The notes under the pieces: generated by a model | What the model was told of the DNA's origin: nothing | Databases searched by the model: none | Seen by the model: the letters and a program-made list of their open reading frames with translations, nothing else | Made by a program: the position numbers and the translations under genes | In this document: in pieces, positions 56,659 through 64,000 of the stretch | How positions within the stretch are numbered: the first letter of the stretch is position 1 | Layout: each line of letters begins with the position of its first letter | NCBI GenBank assembly: GCA_046727935.1 | Contig: JBKPDP010000052.1 | Coordinates: forward strand, 6,174 to 70,173 | DNA from: Verrucomicrobiota bacterium | GTDB lineage: Bacteria > Verrucomicrobiota > Verrucomicrobiia > Chthoniobacterales > UBA10450 | Direction: 5' to 3' | DNA length: 64,000 nucleotides

Positions 56659-57285
56659 TTAAGCTTTACGCGCGAATCGCGCGCGATATGTCCGATCCAG
56701 CTTCCGCAAAAGAGCGATGGCAAATTTTTGGCGATCGACTTGTTTGCCAAGCGCCATCGCCAAGGAAATTGCCCTGCTTTGCAGCTCTTTCGGAAAATCT
56801 TCGCGGGATTGATTCACATTGATCCCGATACCGGCGATAGCCAGATGCGCTGCTTTCTCTCGGGCCCGCATCTCTACTAGGACGCCGGCGACCTTGCGCC
56901 CATCGATCTGCACGTCGTTTGGAAGTTTAATCGTGGGCGTGAGAGAAAATTCTTTTTGGATTGCACCGGAAATGGCTTCGGCCACCCAAGCAGTGAGCTG
57001 TGGTGAACTGGCGAGGTCGATCCCTGGTCGCAAAAGAATTGAGAACCAAAGTCCTTTGCCTGCTGCCGATTCCCATCGATTGCCGCGCTGACCGCGCCCG
57101 GCGGTCTGATGCTCAGCGAAGATTACCAAGCCTTCCTTGGACTTTGCATTCGCGATCTGCAAAATCGCATCGTTTGTCGAGCCGGTCTGCTCGAGCACGA
57201 TGATCTGGTGGCCGATTACGGCGCTGCTGAAGTTGGCCTGCAGTTCAGCGGCGATCAACCGGTCTACCATTTCAGCCCGGAACAT
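56659..57285 (-). CDS. birA: Biotin--[acetyl-CoA-carboxylase] ligase (no N-terminal HTH)
   Basis: 208 aa with the GRGQRGNRWES biotin-binding loop. Confidence 0.88.
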   Translation of the reverse strand: MFRAEMVDRLIAAELQANFSSAVIGHQIIVLEQTGSTNDAILQIANAKSKEGLVIFAEHQTAGRGQRGNRWESAAGKGLWFSILLRPGIDLASSPQLTAWVAEAISGAIQKEFSLTPTIKLPNDVQIDGRKVAGVLVEMRAREKAAHLAIAGIGINVNQSREDFPKELQSRAISLAMALGKQVDRQKFAIALLRKLDRTYRARFARKA

Positions 57286-58120
57286 GGGTCATTTCCAGCC
57301 CAATATCGATTGCGCGCGCGGCGTTCGTTAGTCCACCGATCGAAATGTAATCGACTCCCGTTGCTGCGATGCGCTTCACGTTTTTCAGTGTGACGCCGCC
57401 GCTTGCTTCAAACTGGATATTGTCCTTCCTCAAGGCGACAGCCTCCCGCATCTGGGCGGGCGTCATGTTGTCGAGCAGAATAACGTCTATGCCCTCAACT
57501 TCGGCAAAAGCGCGCGCTTGCTCCAGATCATCAGCCTCCACTTCAATGCGGATGTTTGGTCGTTCCCGTCGAAGCCGATGAATTCGATCGGCAAAACTGG
57601 AAAGCCCTCCGAAGGTGGCCAGATGATTGTCTTTTACGAGCACCATGTCGTACAAGCCAAAGCGATGATTAACGCCGCCGCCTGCGACCACTGCCGCTTT
57701 TTCCAACGACCGCAGCCCGGGAGTGGTTTTGCGTGTATCCAGGATCTTCGCCGGATGATTCCCAATGGCATCGACAAATTGGCGCGTAAGGGTCGCGATG
57801 CCGCAGAGGCGTTGCAAAAAATTTAGCGCGACGCGTTCCGCCTTCAGGATCGAGCGCGCCAGGCCACGCACCTCGAGAATAATGTCGCCGGCGACAACTT
57901 CGTCGCCCTCCCGGCGAACGGTCTGGATGTCTATGGAAGGATCGACCCGCCGAAAAACTTCCGCTGCCGCTGCCGTGCCGGCAACGACGGCCTTTTCACG
58001 CGCAGTGATACGTCCGGTTGCGTGCAACGTCTCCGGCACGAAAAAATCGGTCGTGATATCACCCTCGCCGATGTCTTCCTTGAGTGCAGCGGCGATGGGG
58101 TCGTAATGGTCAGGCTTCAT
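57272..58120 (-). CDS. nadC: Nicotinate-nucleotide diphosphorylase (carboxylating), also called quinolinate phosphoribosyltransferase
   Basis: 282 aa with QPRTase sequence (ILDTRKTTPGLRSLEKAAV, VKDNH, LLDNM). It overlaps the birA start by 14 nt. Confidence 0.93.
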   Translation of the reverse strand: MKPDHYDPIAAALKEDIGEGDITTDFFVPETLHATGRITAREKAVVAGTAAAAEVFRRVDPSIDIQTVRREGDEVVAGDIILEVRGLARSILKAERVALNFLQRLCGIATLTRQFVDAIGNHPAKILDTRKTTPGLRSLEKAAVVAGGGVNHRFGLYDMVLVKDNHLATFGGLSSFADRIHRLRRERPNIRIEVEADDLEQARAFAEVEGIDVILLDNMTPAQMREAVALRKDNIQFEASGGVTLKNVKRIAATGVDYISIGGLTNAARAIDIGLEMTHVPG

Positions 58121-58274
58121 CGGATTGATTGAGTGTTGGCTGGACGAAATGGATCGTCTACACGCGCGAGTTCAAAAGGTCCCGGGGCGAACGAAGAACG
58201 GTAAGCTCGAAACGGTATCGCGTCTATCAAACGCGATAGAACAGGAAGCCCAACTAAGAATTGATCAAATAGAC

Positions 58275-58345
58275 AAAAAAAAGATTCGGGCAGCGCACGC
58301 TAAGGAGAAACAACGAATATAAGAAAACGTGCAACCGCCCGAATC
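58275..58345 (-). terminator. Terminator-like long hairpin followed by a T8 run on the minus strand
   Basis: The minus strand reads GATTCGGGCGGTTGCACG, a loop of about 28 nt, CGTGCGCTGCCCGAATC, then TTTTTTTT. It lies about 180 nt downstream of the exonuclease stop and about 155 nt upstream of the nadC start. Confidence 0.45.
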
Positions 58346-58525
58346 GCCTTAACCTATTGAATTCGACAGTTGATAGATGCGCGCGTTCAACTTTTTTACG
58401 AAAAATCCGTGTCTGAATGTTAGTTTGTGGCAATCAGGAGATTATGCAGCTCAACGTTGCGGTTTGTCTCCGCGTGCTGGGCGCAGGCAGAATCGTCTCC
58501 GACGGCGATCGTCTATGAACCGCGG

Positions 58526-59437
58526 CTACAATAGATTCCTCTGACCGTCGCTCCCCACTCGGCCTGCCTCATCTCGAACCTCTTGGAGCAGGGATTTGAA
58601 TTCGCACTGCTCTAGCGCACGGATCAGGTTGGGATAATCGGGTTCGATCCGGAGCTGATCGATCGGCACCGGCAATTCGAGATCGCAATCCAAGTCGACC
58701 ATTTTTCGGTTTTCCAAAATTTGCTCGCGAGAGTTGATAAGTTTCTCGCGGGTTCGCGCGCTTTTGATCTTCTCGATGTTGGCTAGCAACGAGTCCAGGC
58801 CACCAAATTCACGAATCAACGCCGCGGCGGTTTTACGGCCGAAGCCGATTCCAGGGATGTTATCTACTGAATCGCCGGTCAAGGCGAGGACATCGCCGAT
58901 AAGATTCGGCGGAACCTCCCATTTTGCCACGACCTGATCTTCACTCAGCAAGGCGAATGCGTCTTTTGGGGAAGCAAGATCTGCCTTCGCCGTGGTATAA
59001 ACTTTAACGCAAGGGCCGACGAGCTGATATAAATCCTTGTCATTGGTGGCAAGCACAACTTCCATTTGGGGTCGTTTGCATGCGGCGATGGCATAACAAC
59101 CCATCAGGTCGTCGGCCTCTGTGTTGGGGAGGGCAATACTTCGGAAACCCAGCAAGGGCGTGAGTTTTTGGATAAAATCGAGCTGCGGGACCATTGGCTT
59201 GGGCATTTCCTTGCGCGTTTCCTTGTAAGCAGGCTGAAGCTTCACTCGGCGCTCCGGCATTCCTTCGTCCCAAAAAACTGCGCCTAACTCCGGTTGCAGA
59301 TGTTTAATCATCAGCCGCAATGTTTTTGTGAAGCCGAAAATTGCGTTGGTCGGTTCGCCTTTGGAATTCGAGAGATTCGGGATAGCGAAAAACGAGCGAT
59401 AAACGTAATAGTGACCATCGATAAGCAGCAGTTTCAT
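58526..59437 (-). CDS. Standalone 5'-3' exonuclease / flap endonuclease (Pol I N-terminal domain homologue)
   Basis: About 303 aa from the ATG at 59437. The sequence starts MKLLLIDGHYYVYRSFFAI and includes TNDKDLYQLV and an H3TH region (LTGDSVDNIPGIGFGRKTAAALI). No polymerase domain is attached. Confidence 0.88.
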   Translation of the reverse strand: MKLLLIDGHYYVYRSFFAIPNLSNSKGEPTNAIFGFTKTLRLMIKHLQPELGAVFWDEGMPERRVKLQPAYKETRKEMPKPMVPQLDFIQKLTPLLGFRSIALPNTEADDLMGCYAIAACKRPQMEVVLATNDKDLYQLVGPCVKVYTTAKADLASPKDAFALLSEDQVVAKWEVPPNLIGDVLALTGDSVDNIPGIGFGRKTAAALIREFGGLDSLLANIEKIKSARTREKLINSREQILENRKMVDLDCDLELPVPIDQLRIEPDYPNLIRALEQCEFKSLLQEVRDEAGRVGSDGQRNLL

Positions 59438-59466
59438 CGTAAAGGCTGATACTGGATTCTGAATGC

Positions 59467-60591
59467 ATGAAGCGGGATGATCAAGGAGTGACCGAAGAAT
59501 GGATTGTGCGCGTCGATGGCAGAGAATACGGCCCCGCCAATCTCGACACGCTGCGTGAGTGGAAAGCGGAGGGCCGAGTGCTTCCTGCAAACGAAGCTCG
59601 CCGCGCGGATGCCGAGCTTTGGACTTTAGCGGTGGAGATCCCCGGGCTATTCGATTTAGGGGCGCTCGCCACGGCGACTACCGGGCGGTTGGCGCAACCG
59701 CCCCTACAACAGCCTCGCCGCAGTTTTGTCCAGATTTTAGCCGAGACGCTTCGGATATACGCAAGAGGCTTTCTTCAATTCCTCTGCCTTACGCTCCTCG
59801 TGATTTTGCCTTCAATATGCGGGCAGCTGGCCGCCATGTGGACGCAGACTGTGCACGCCTCAAATGCTGACTTACGCGTTCTCGCTGCGGGAGGCTTTGC
59901 CTTTTTGATGTTTATCTTCTCGATTGCGATGTGGCCTGTTTACGTGGCGGGGATTCAAATTCTCACAGCTGAAATTACTGCCGGCCGCCGCACAGGATTT
60001 TTCGCTGCGCTGAATGAAGCTGTCCGGTTCTGGCCGCGGGTCGCAGCGCTGTGCGTTTTTGTCTATGGTATTTTTTTCTTGCTCATCGTATTTGCGTTGC
60101 TGATCGCGGCCTTGGTTGTCGGGGGGGCATCTTCGTTATTTGTGATCTTTTTCGCCCTGGCTTTGCTCGTCCTGCAGGTGTGGATGTTCGGCCGTTTTTT
60201 CATCAATGTGCTCTTCTGGCAGCAGTTTGCCGTCCTCGAAAATGCAGGAGTCATCGATTCATTGCGCGAAAGTCGAAATCTGGCGCACAGCGGGCGGGAA
60301 CTTCCGTGGTTTCAACGGCCGCTGTGGCGCGGCGCTTTTATTGCGTCCCTCTGGTTTGCGTTTGTGCTGGCGATCGCGCTCGCCTCGGAGTGGACGACGC
60401 TACAACGTTCTTTTAATGAATTAATGACGACACAAGATCCACAAGCGCTGTTGCAAAGACTGACTGAAGCCCAGCAAGCGCATGGTTTCGATGTTTCAAG
60501 TTTTGCGCTGAGCCTTTTGCAAAGAGTTCTTCAGCCGCTGATCGGGATCGCATTCGTTGTACTCTATTTTGATAGTCGAAGAGAACGCTAG
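59467..60591 (+). CDS. Membrane protein with an N-terminal GYF_2 (DUF4339)-like domain
   Basis: 374 aa. The N-terminus is WIVRVDGREYGPANLDTLREWKAEGRVLPANEARRADAELWT, followed by about 6 TM helices. Confidence 0.7.
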   Translation: MKRDDQGVTEEWIVRVDGREYGPANLDTLREWKAEGRVLPANEARRADAELWTLAVEIPGLFDLGALATATTGRLAQPPLQQPRRSFVQILAETLRIYARGFLQFLCLTLLVILPSICGQLAAMWTQTVHASNADLRVLAAGGFAFLMFIFSIAMWPVYVAGIQILTAEITAGRRTGFFAALNEAVRFWPRVAALCVFVYGIFFLLIVFALLIAALVVGGASSLFVIFFALALLVLQVWMFGRFFINVLFWQQFAVLENAGVIDSLRESRNLAHSGRELPWFQRPLWRGAFIASLWFAFVLAIALASEWTTLQRSFNELMTTQDPQALLQRLTEAQQAHGFDVSSFALSLLQRVLQPLIGIAFVVLYFDSRRER

Positions 60592-60658
60592 CACCTGCCA
60601 CTACCACAGTGCGACGCGACTCGCGTTGCATTAATTCTGGCACGACGGCGCCGCCCGG

Positions 60659-61330
60659 TCAATTCGCCTGTCGGCTCTGCAAGAGAAGCAGCGCAATCTT
60701 GCTGAAGTGGCGGCCAATGTAAGCAAGATAAGCGATGAACGAAACGAGCTGCGCGCTGATCAACCATACATGACCGCCGCGAGTAATAAACAAATCAGGC
60801 CAGATCCAAATGGCGAGCGCGCAAACGAGATTGAGGAAAAAGAGCAACGGAACCAGCACGCGAATATTACGCAATTGATCGGCTTTGGCGCGCGCGTAAA
60901 GGGCCCGATCGGCATCGTTACGCGCTTCAGCGATGCGTGCGTGAATTAATCGCATGTCGTAGATAAAAAGCAGCCACACAACGCCCGCATAGGTGGCGCT
61001 TAACTGGAACCAGGCCAGAGGATTGTCGAGGCGGCTAAAAAGCAGCGCTTCGCCCAGCGCGCAACCGATGTAGAAGAAGTTATGCCCAAACTCCATGGGC
61101 CAACGAATCAGCGTGAGCGTGTGAATGATTGAGCGTGACCAAAAGATAAAGATCACACACAAACCTGCGGCGACATAGAGAAACGAACCCCAATGGCGCA
61201 GCGTGATAACCGCGCGAGCATTGTCGGTTAAGAAAAAAAGTGCGACCCCTTGGATAATACTGGCGAGCGTGAGCTCGACATTGATGACGACCGAATCGAG
61301 CTCGCGGCGGCCTTCACTCTGCGGGTTCAC
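60659..61330 (-). CDS. Hypothetical polytopic membrane protein
   Basis: 223 aa with about 6 hydrophobic helices. No family was recognised. Confidence 0.6.
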   Translation of the reverse strand: MNPQSEGRRELDSVVINVELTLASIIQGVALFFLTDNARAVITLRHWGSFLYVAAGLCVIFIFWSRSIIHTLTLIRWPMEFGHNFFYIGCALGEALLFSRLDNPLAWFQLSATYAGVVWLLFIYDMRLIHARIAEARNDADRALYARAKADQLRNIRVLVPLLFFLNLVCALAIWIWPDLFITRGGHVWLISAQLVSFIAYLAYIGRHFSKIALLLLQSRQAN

Positions 61331-61566
61331 GATGCGACTCGTAACCGTTCATCAACTAGAATGTCAAGGCGCTCGGATGAGTCGCGCGCCATTAAGTATG
61401 ATCGGGCAATTATTCGAGCTGAGACAGTGCAATTTGTCTCATCCTTCTCAGCAAGACCGGGTGTGGCCTGTGCCAGATTAGACCAATAGCCGTCGGAAGA
61501 GGGTTACCGCTGTGCGAAGTTACTCATCTTATTAAGCTTATAGGGCAAGATCCTCTGAGCTCCCTC

Positions 61567-61583
61567 CTGGCACGGTGCCAGCT
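61567..61583 (+). promoter_or_regulatory. Sigma-54-like -24/-12 element (CTGGCACGGTGCCAGCT) upstream of hsp20
   Basis: GG and GC sit at the canonical 10-nt spacing of TGGCAC-N5-TTGC, but the -12 region is CAGC, not TTGC. The element is also a palindrome. It ends 45 nt upstream of the ATG at 61629. Confidence 0.3.
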
Positions 61584-61628
61584 AATAGGAAGCCCGGAAG
61601 ATTTTTTCAAAGAAAGGAGACTTAAATT

Positions 61629-62092
61629 ATGAATCTAATTCGTTATCAAGCTCCGGAACTAGCGCCATGGTCCGCAGCGGACCGCTGGAGCAATCTGAGG
61701 GATGAACTTAACTCGTTTTTCGAGTTGCCGCTTTGGTCGAGCTTTGCACGTGGGGGACAGCTTTTTACTGGCTGGTCGCCTGCCTCGATCTTTACCAGAG
61801 CAATGACAATGTCGTCGCCGTGGTCGAGTTGCCCGGAATGCGCAAGGAAGACATCGAAATTTCTTTGCATGACGGGACATTGACGATCAGCGGCGAGCGA
61901 AACCGCGAAAGCAGCAGCAATGGCGAGAAGGCCGAACGTACCGAGCGTTACATCGGCACATTCCGCCGCAGCATTGCGCTACCGACTCGCGTGGACGCCA
62001 ATAAAGTCAGCGCCACTTACCGGGACGGAATCCTGACCGTGACATTGCCCAAGGCGGAAGAAGTGAAGCCAAAGCAAATCCAGGTCAGTTAA
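61629..62092 (+). pseudogene. Hsp20/alpha-crystallin small heat-shock gene split by a 1-nt frameshift (or a sequencing error)
   Basis: ORF 61629-61883 has a strong SD (AAAGGAG) and a typical sHSP N-terminus ending GWSPA. The alpha-crystallin domain (LDLYQSNDNVVAVVELPGMRKEDIEISLHDGTLTISGER...) continues in the +2 frame from about 61784. One extra C in the CC run would restore the frame. Confidence 0.7.
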
Positions 62093-62119
62093 TCAATTCA
62101 ACTGAAAGGAAATTTCACC

Positions 62120-62491
62120 ATGAATACTTTGACTCGTGAAAACCGCGGTGGCGACCGCGCGCAGGGCGAACAGTTTGTTGCGTCGCCAGCGAGCGTGACT
62201 GAGGCTGGCGATGGCTACATGCTCGAAGTCGAAATGCCCGGAGTAAACAAGGACGGGCTCGACATTTCGGTAGAGAACAACGAGCTCGCGATTATCGGTC
62301 GGCGCTCCCTTCCGGTTGTGGAAGGAACGCTGATTCATCGCGAATCGCGCCCGGAAAATTTTCGGCGCACGTTCGAGCTCGATCCATCAATCGACGCCAA
62401 CAAGATCAGCGCAAAGATCGACCAGGGCCTCGTAACGTTGACTTTGCCAAAAGCGGAGCACGTTAAGCCGCGCAAGATCACCGTTTCTTGA
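62120..62491 (+). CDS. Hsp20/alpha-crystallin family small heat-shock protein
   Basis: 123 aa with the alpha-crystallin domain (GDGYMLEVEMPGVNKDGLDISVENNELAIIGRR...GLVTLTLPK). Confidence 0.9.
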   Translation: MNTLTRENRGGDRAQGEQFVASPASVTEAGDGYMLEVEMPGVNKDGLDISVENNELAIIGRRSLPVVEGTLIHRESRPENFRRTFELDPSIDANKISAKIDQGLVTLTLPKAEHVKPRKITVS

Positions 62492-62515
62492 GGTTAGTTC
62501 TTGACGAAATGCAAA

Positions 62516-62546
62516 GGCCGCGGGCTTGAGGTCCGCGGCCTTTTTT
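62516..62546 (+). terminator. Rho-independent terminator after the hsp20 pair
   Basis: GGCCGCGG-GCTTGAGGT-CCGCGGCC forms the hairpin and is followed by TTTTTT. Confidence 0.75.
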
Positions 62547-62620
62547 GGTTCTTTAACTTTGGACCGATCGCTTTTTTGCTTGGCGAATCGTCACCCCCGT
62601 CGTACTTAGAGTCATCTAAT

Positions 62621-63658
62621 ATGGCGGCGAAAACCGAGCAAAAAACCAGCGAAGACAAGGTCACTGCGGCGCGAAACAAGAATCTCGATCTGGCGATTCA
62701 GCAGATCGCAAAAGATTATGGTGAAGGCGCGATCATGCGTCTAGGTGACGAAAAAATTGTCGATATCGACGTCATTCCCACCGGAAATATCCTAATTGAT
62801 CGCGCCCTCGGCGTCGGCGGATTCCCAAGAGGCAGAGTCGTCGAAGTATTTGGCCCTGAGTCTTCCGGGAAAACGACACTGACTTTGACCGTGATTGCGC
62901 AAGCGCAGAAACGTGGCGGACTCGCGGCTTTTATTGATGTCGAACATGCCCTGGATCCCGCCTACGCAAAGCGGCTGGGCGTGAATCTGGATGATCTCCT
63001 GGTTTCTCAACCGAGTTCTGGCGAGGAAGCGCTGCGAATTTGTGAGACACTGGTGCGCTCCAATGCGCTGGATGTTATTGTACTCGATTCTGTGGCAGCG
63101 CTCGTTACCAGGGCGGAGCTGGAAGGCGAAATTGGGGACGCAACTGTTGGCGCCCAGGCGCGGTTGATGAGCGCGGCACTGCGTAAACTCACCTCGCTCA
63201 TTTCAAAAGCGCGGACCTGCTGCATTTTCACAAATCAAATCCGGGAAAAGATTGGGGTCATGTTTGGAAACCCGGAGACCACGCCTGGCGGCAAGGCACT
63301 GAAATTCTACGCTAGCCTGCGCGTCGACATTCGACGGATCGGCGCGATTAAGCAGACTGACGGTGTTGTTACGGGAAACCGGACCCGCATCAAAATTGTG
63401 AAGAACAAGGTCGCGCCGCCATTCACCGAAGCGGAGTTCGATATCATGTACAACGAGGGGATTTCATCCACCGGCGCGCTGCTCGATCTAGCGTTGGAAA
63501 AACAGGTCGTCGAAAAACGTGGTTCCTGGCTGAACTACAAGGGTACACAACTTGCCCAGGGCCGCGACGCGGCGAAAGAAGTTCTGAAAAACGACAAGGC
63601 CCTCTACGAAGAAATTGAGTCGGCGGTCAAAGCCAGGCTCGACGAAGAAAAAGACTAA
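62621..63658 (+). CDS. recA: Recombinase RecA
   Basis: 345 aa from the ATG at 62621 with a Walker A motif (GPESSGKTT) and canonical RecA sequence throughout. The track ORF begins upstream at a TTG inside the terminator. Confidence 0.95.
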   Translation: MAAKTEQKTSEDKVTAARNKNLDLAIQQIAKDYGEGAIMRLGDEKIVDIDVIPTGNILIDRALGVGGFPRGRVVEVFGPESSGKTTLTLTVIAQAQKRGGLAAFIDVEHALDPAYAKRLGVNLDDLLVSQPSSGEEALRICETLVRSNALDVIVLDSVAALVTRAELEGEIGDATVGAQARLMSAALRKLTSLISKARTCCIFTNQIREKIGVMFGNPETTPGGKALKFYASLRVDIRRIGAIKQTDGVVTGNRTRIKIVKNKVAPPFTEAEFDIMYNEGISSTGALLDLALEKQVVEKRGSWLNYKGTQLAQGRDAAKEVLKNDKALYEEIESAVKARLDEEKD

Positions 63659-63788
63659 CCTCGTGGCATGGCCATCCTGGCTGTGGGGCCGGCGGGCATC
63701 TTGTCCGCCACCGCACGGACTCGCTGTGGCGAGCCTGCCCAGCCGAACTGACACGAATCCGGAGTTGCGGTTTCAGGTTTTCCTGAAA

Positions 63789-63817
63789 TTCATGTTTATT
63801 CATGTTCATTGGTGGTT
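63789..63817. repeat. Family C repeat, inverted orientation (TTCATGTTTATTCATGTTCATTGGTGGTT)
   Basis: It is the reverse complement of the AACCACCAATGAACATGAATAAACATGAA type. It lies directly 5' of alaS. Confidence 0.5.
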
Positions 63818-63823
63818 AGACGG

Positions 63824-64000
63824 ATGACCTCGGCGCAAATCAGACAATCATTTCTCGATTTCTTTCGCGAGAAACAGCACACCATTGTGCCGTCGTCGTC
63901 GCTCCTGCCGGACGCGCCGAATCTGCTTTTCACCAATGCTGGCATGAATCAGTTCGTGCCGATCTTCCTTGGTCAGCAAAAGCCTCCATGGAAACCGGCA
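63824..64000 (+). CDS. alaS: Alanine--tRNA ligase, N-terminal fragment (runs off the window)
   Basis: The ATG at 63824 opens [50 protein letters not shown], the canonical AlaRS N-terminus. It is absent from the ORF track because no stop codon lies within the window. Confidence 0.9.
   Translation, partial: MTSAQIRQSFLDFFREKQHTIVPSSSLLPDAPNLLFTNAGMNQFVPIFLGQQKPPWKPA

Noticed and set aside
58125-58322. A 65-aa plus-strand ORF between the nadC and exonuclease genes, considered as a real small protein.
   Set aside because: It has a TTG start and no convincing SD. The sequence is Lys/Glu-rich and low in complexity, and its 3' end overlaps the minus-strand terminator-like hairpin. No family was recognised. 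It is kept only as part of the intergenic-region finding.
62547-62620. A LexA/SOS box upstream of recA, and also upstream of polB at 17210-17308.
   Set aside because: I found no TGTTC-N4-GAACA, CTGT-N8-ACAG or GAAC-N4-GTTC type palindrome in either upstream region by eye, so no SOS operator is claimed.

Overview
This 64-kb chromosomal window is gene-dense and contains no rRNA genes, CRISPR array, integrase or transposase. It most likely comes from a soil PVC or Verrucomicrobia-like bacterium. That is an inference from the MurC-MurB fusion, the ECF sigma/Ser-Thr kinase pair, the sulfatase and sulfotransferase content and the many palindromic intergenic repeats; no database search was possible. 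Positions 1-15.8 kb hold a complete dcw cluster: ftsI 3' end, murE, murF, mraY, murD, a LysM protein, ftsW, murG, a murC-murB fusion, ddl, ftsQ, ftsA and ftsZ. Many of these genes are linked by ATGA or other short overlaps. Positions 15.8-34.4 kb hold mixed housekeeping and metabolic genes. These include two secreted M20 peptidases flanking a family-B DNA polymerase whose exonuclease motifs look degenerate, plus cupin, OsmC, an AAA/TLC-like transporter, Tat-signal SDR and AKR enzymes, a small secreted Cys/His protein, a sulfotransferase-like gene next to a class IV aminotransferase, msrA, trmB, comEC, uspA and rarA. Positions 34.6-53.9 kb are the most accessory-looking part. They hold three paralogous secreted repeat proteins with a C-terminal S74 (tail-fibre chaperone) domain: one is frameshifted and two are intact. 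Both intact copies carry an identical TGAAAC-N17-CGTATT motif directly 5' of the ATG. Next to them lies an ECF sigma gene that is overlapped by a transmembrane Ser/Thr kinase gene. One fibre gene is packed tightly against an SBP56 (MtoX-like) gene and a SCO1 gene. This block also contains a signal-less sulfatase and three sulfotransferase genes plus an unknown gene, all abutting the 3' end of tRNA-Lys(UUU). Positions 54-64 kb return to housekeeping genes: HAD hydrolase, hemolysin III, an AhbAB/NirDL-like protein, birA, nadC, a standalone 5'-3' exonuclease, two hsp20 genes (one frameshifted), recA and the alaS 5' end. At least four families of hairpin-forming intergenic repeats are scattered through the window. 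Several of them create spurious upstream start codons in the ORF track.
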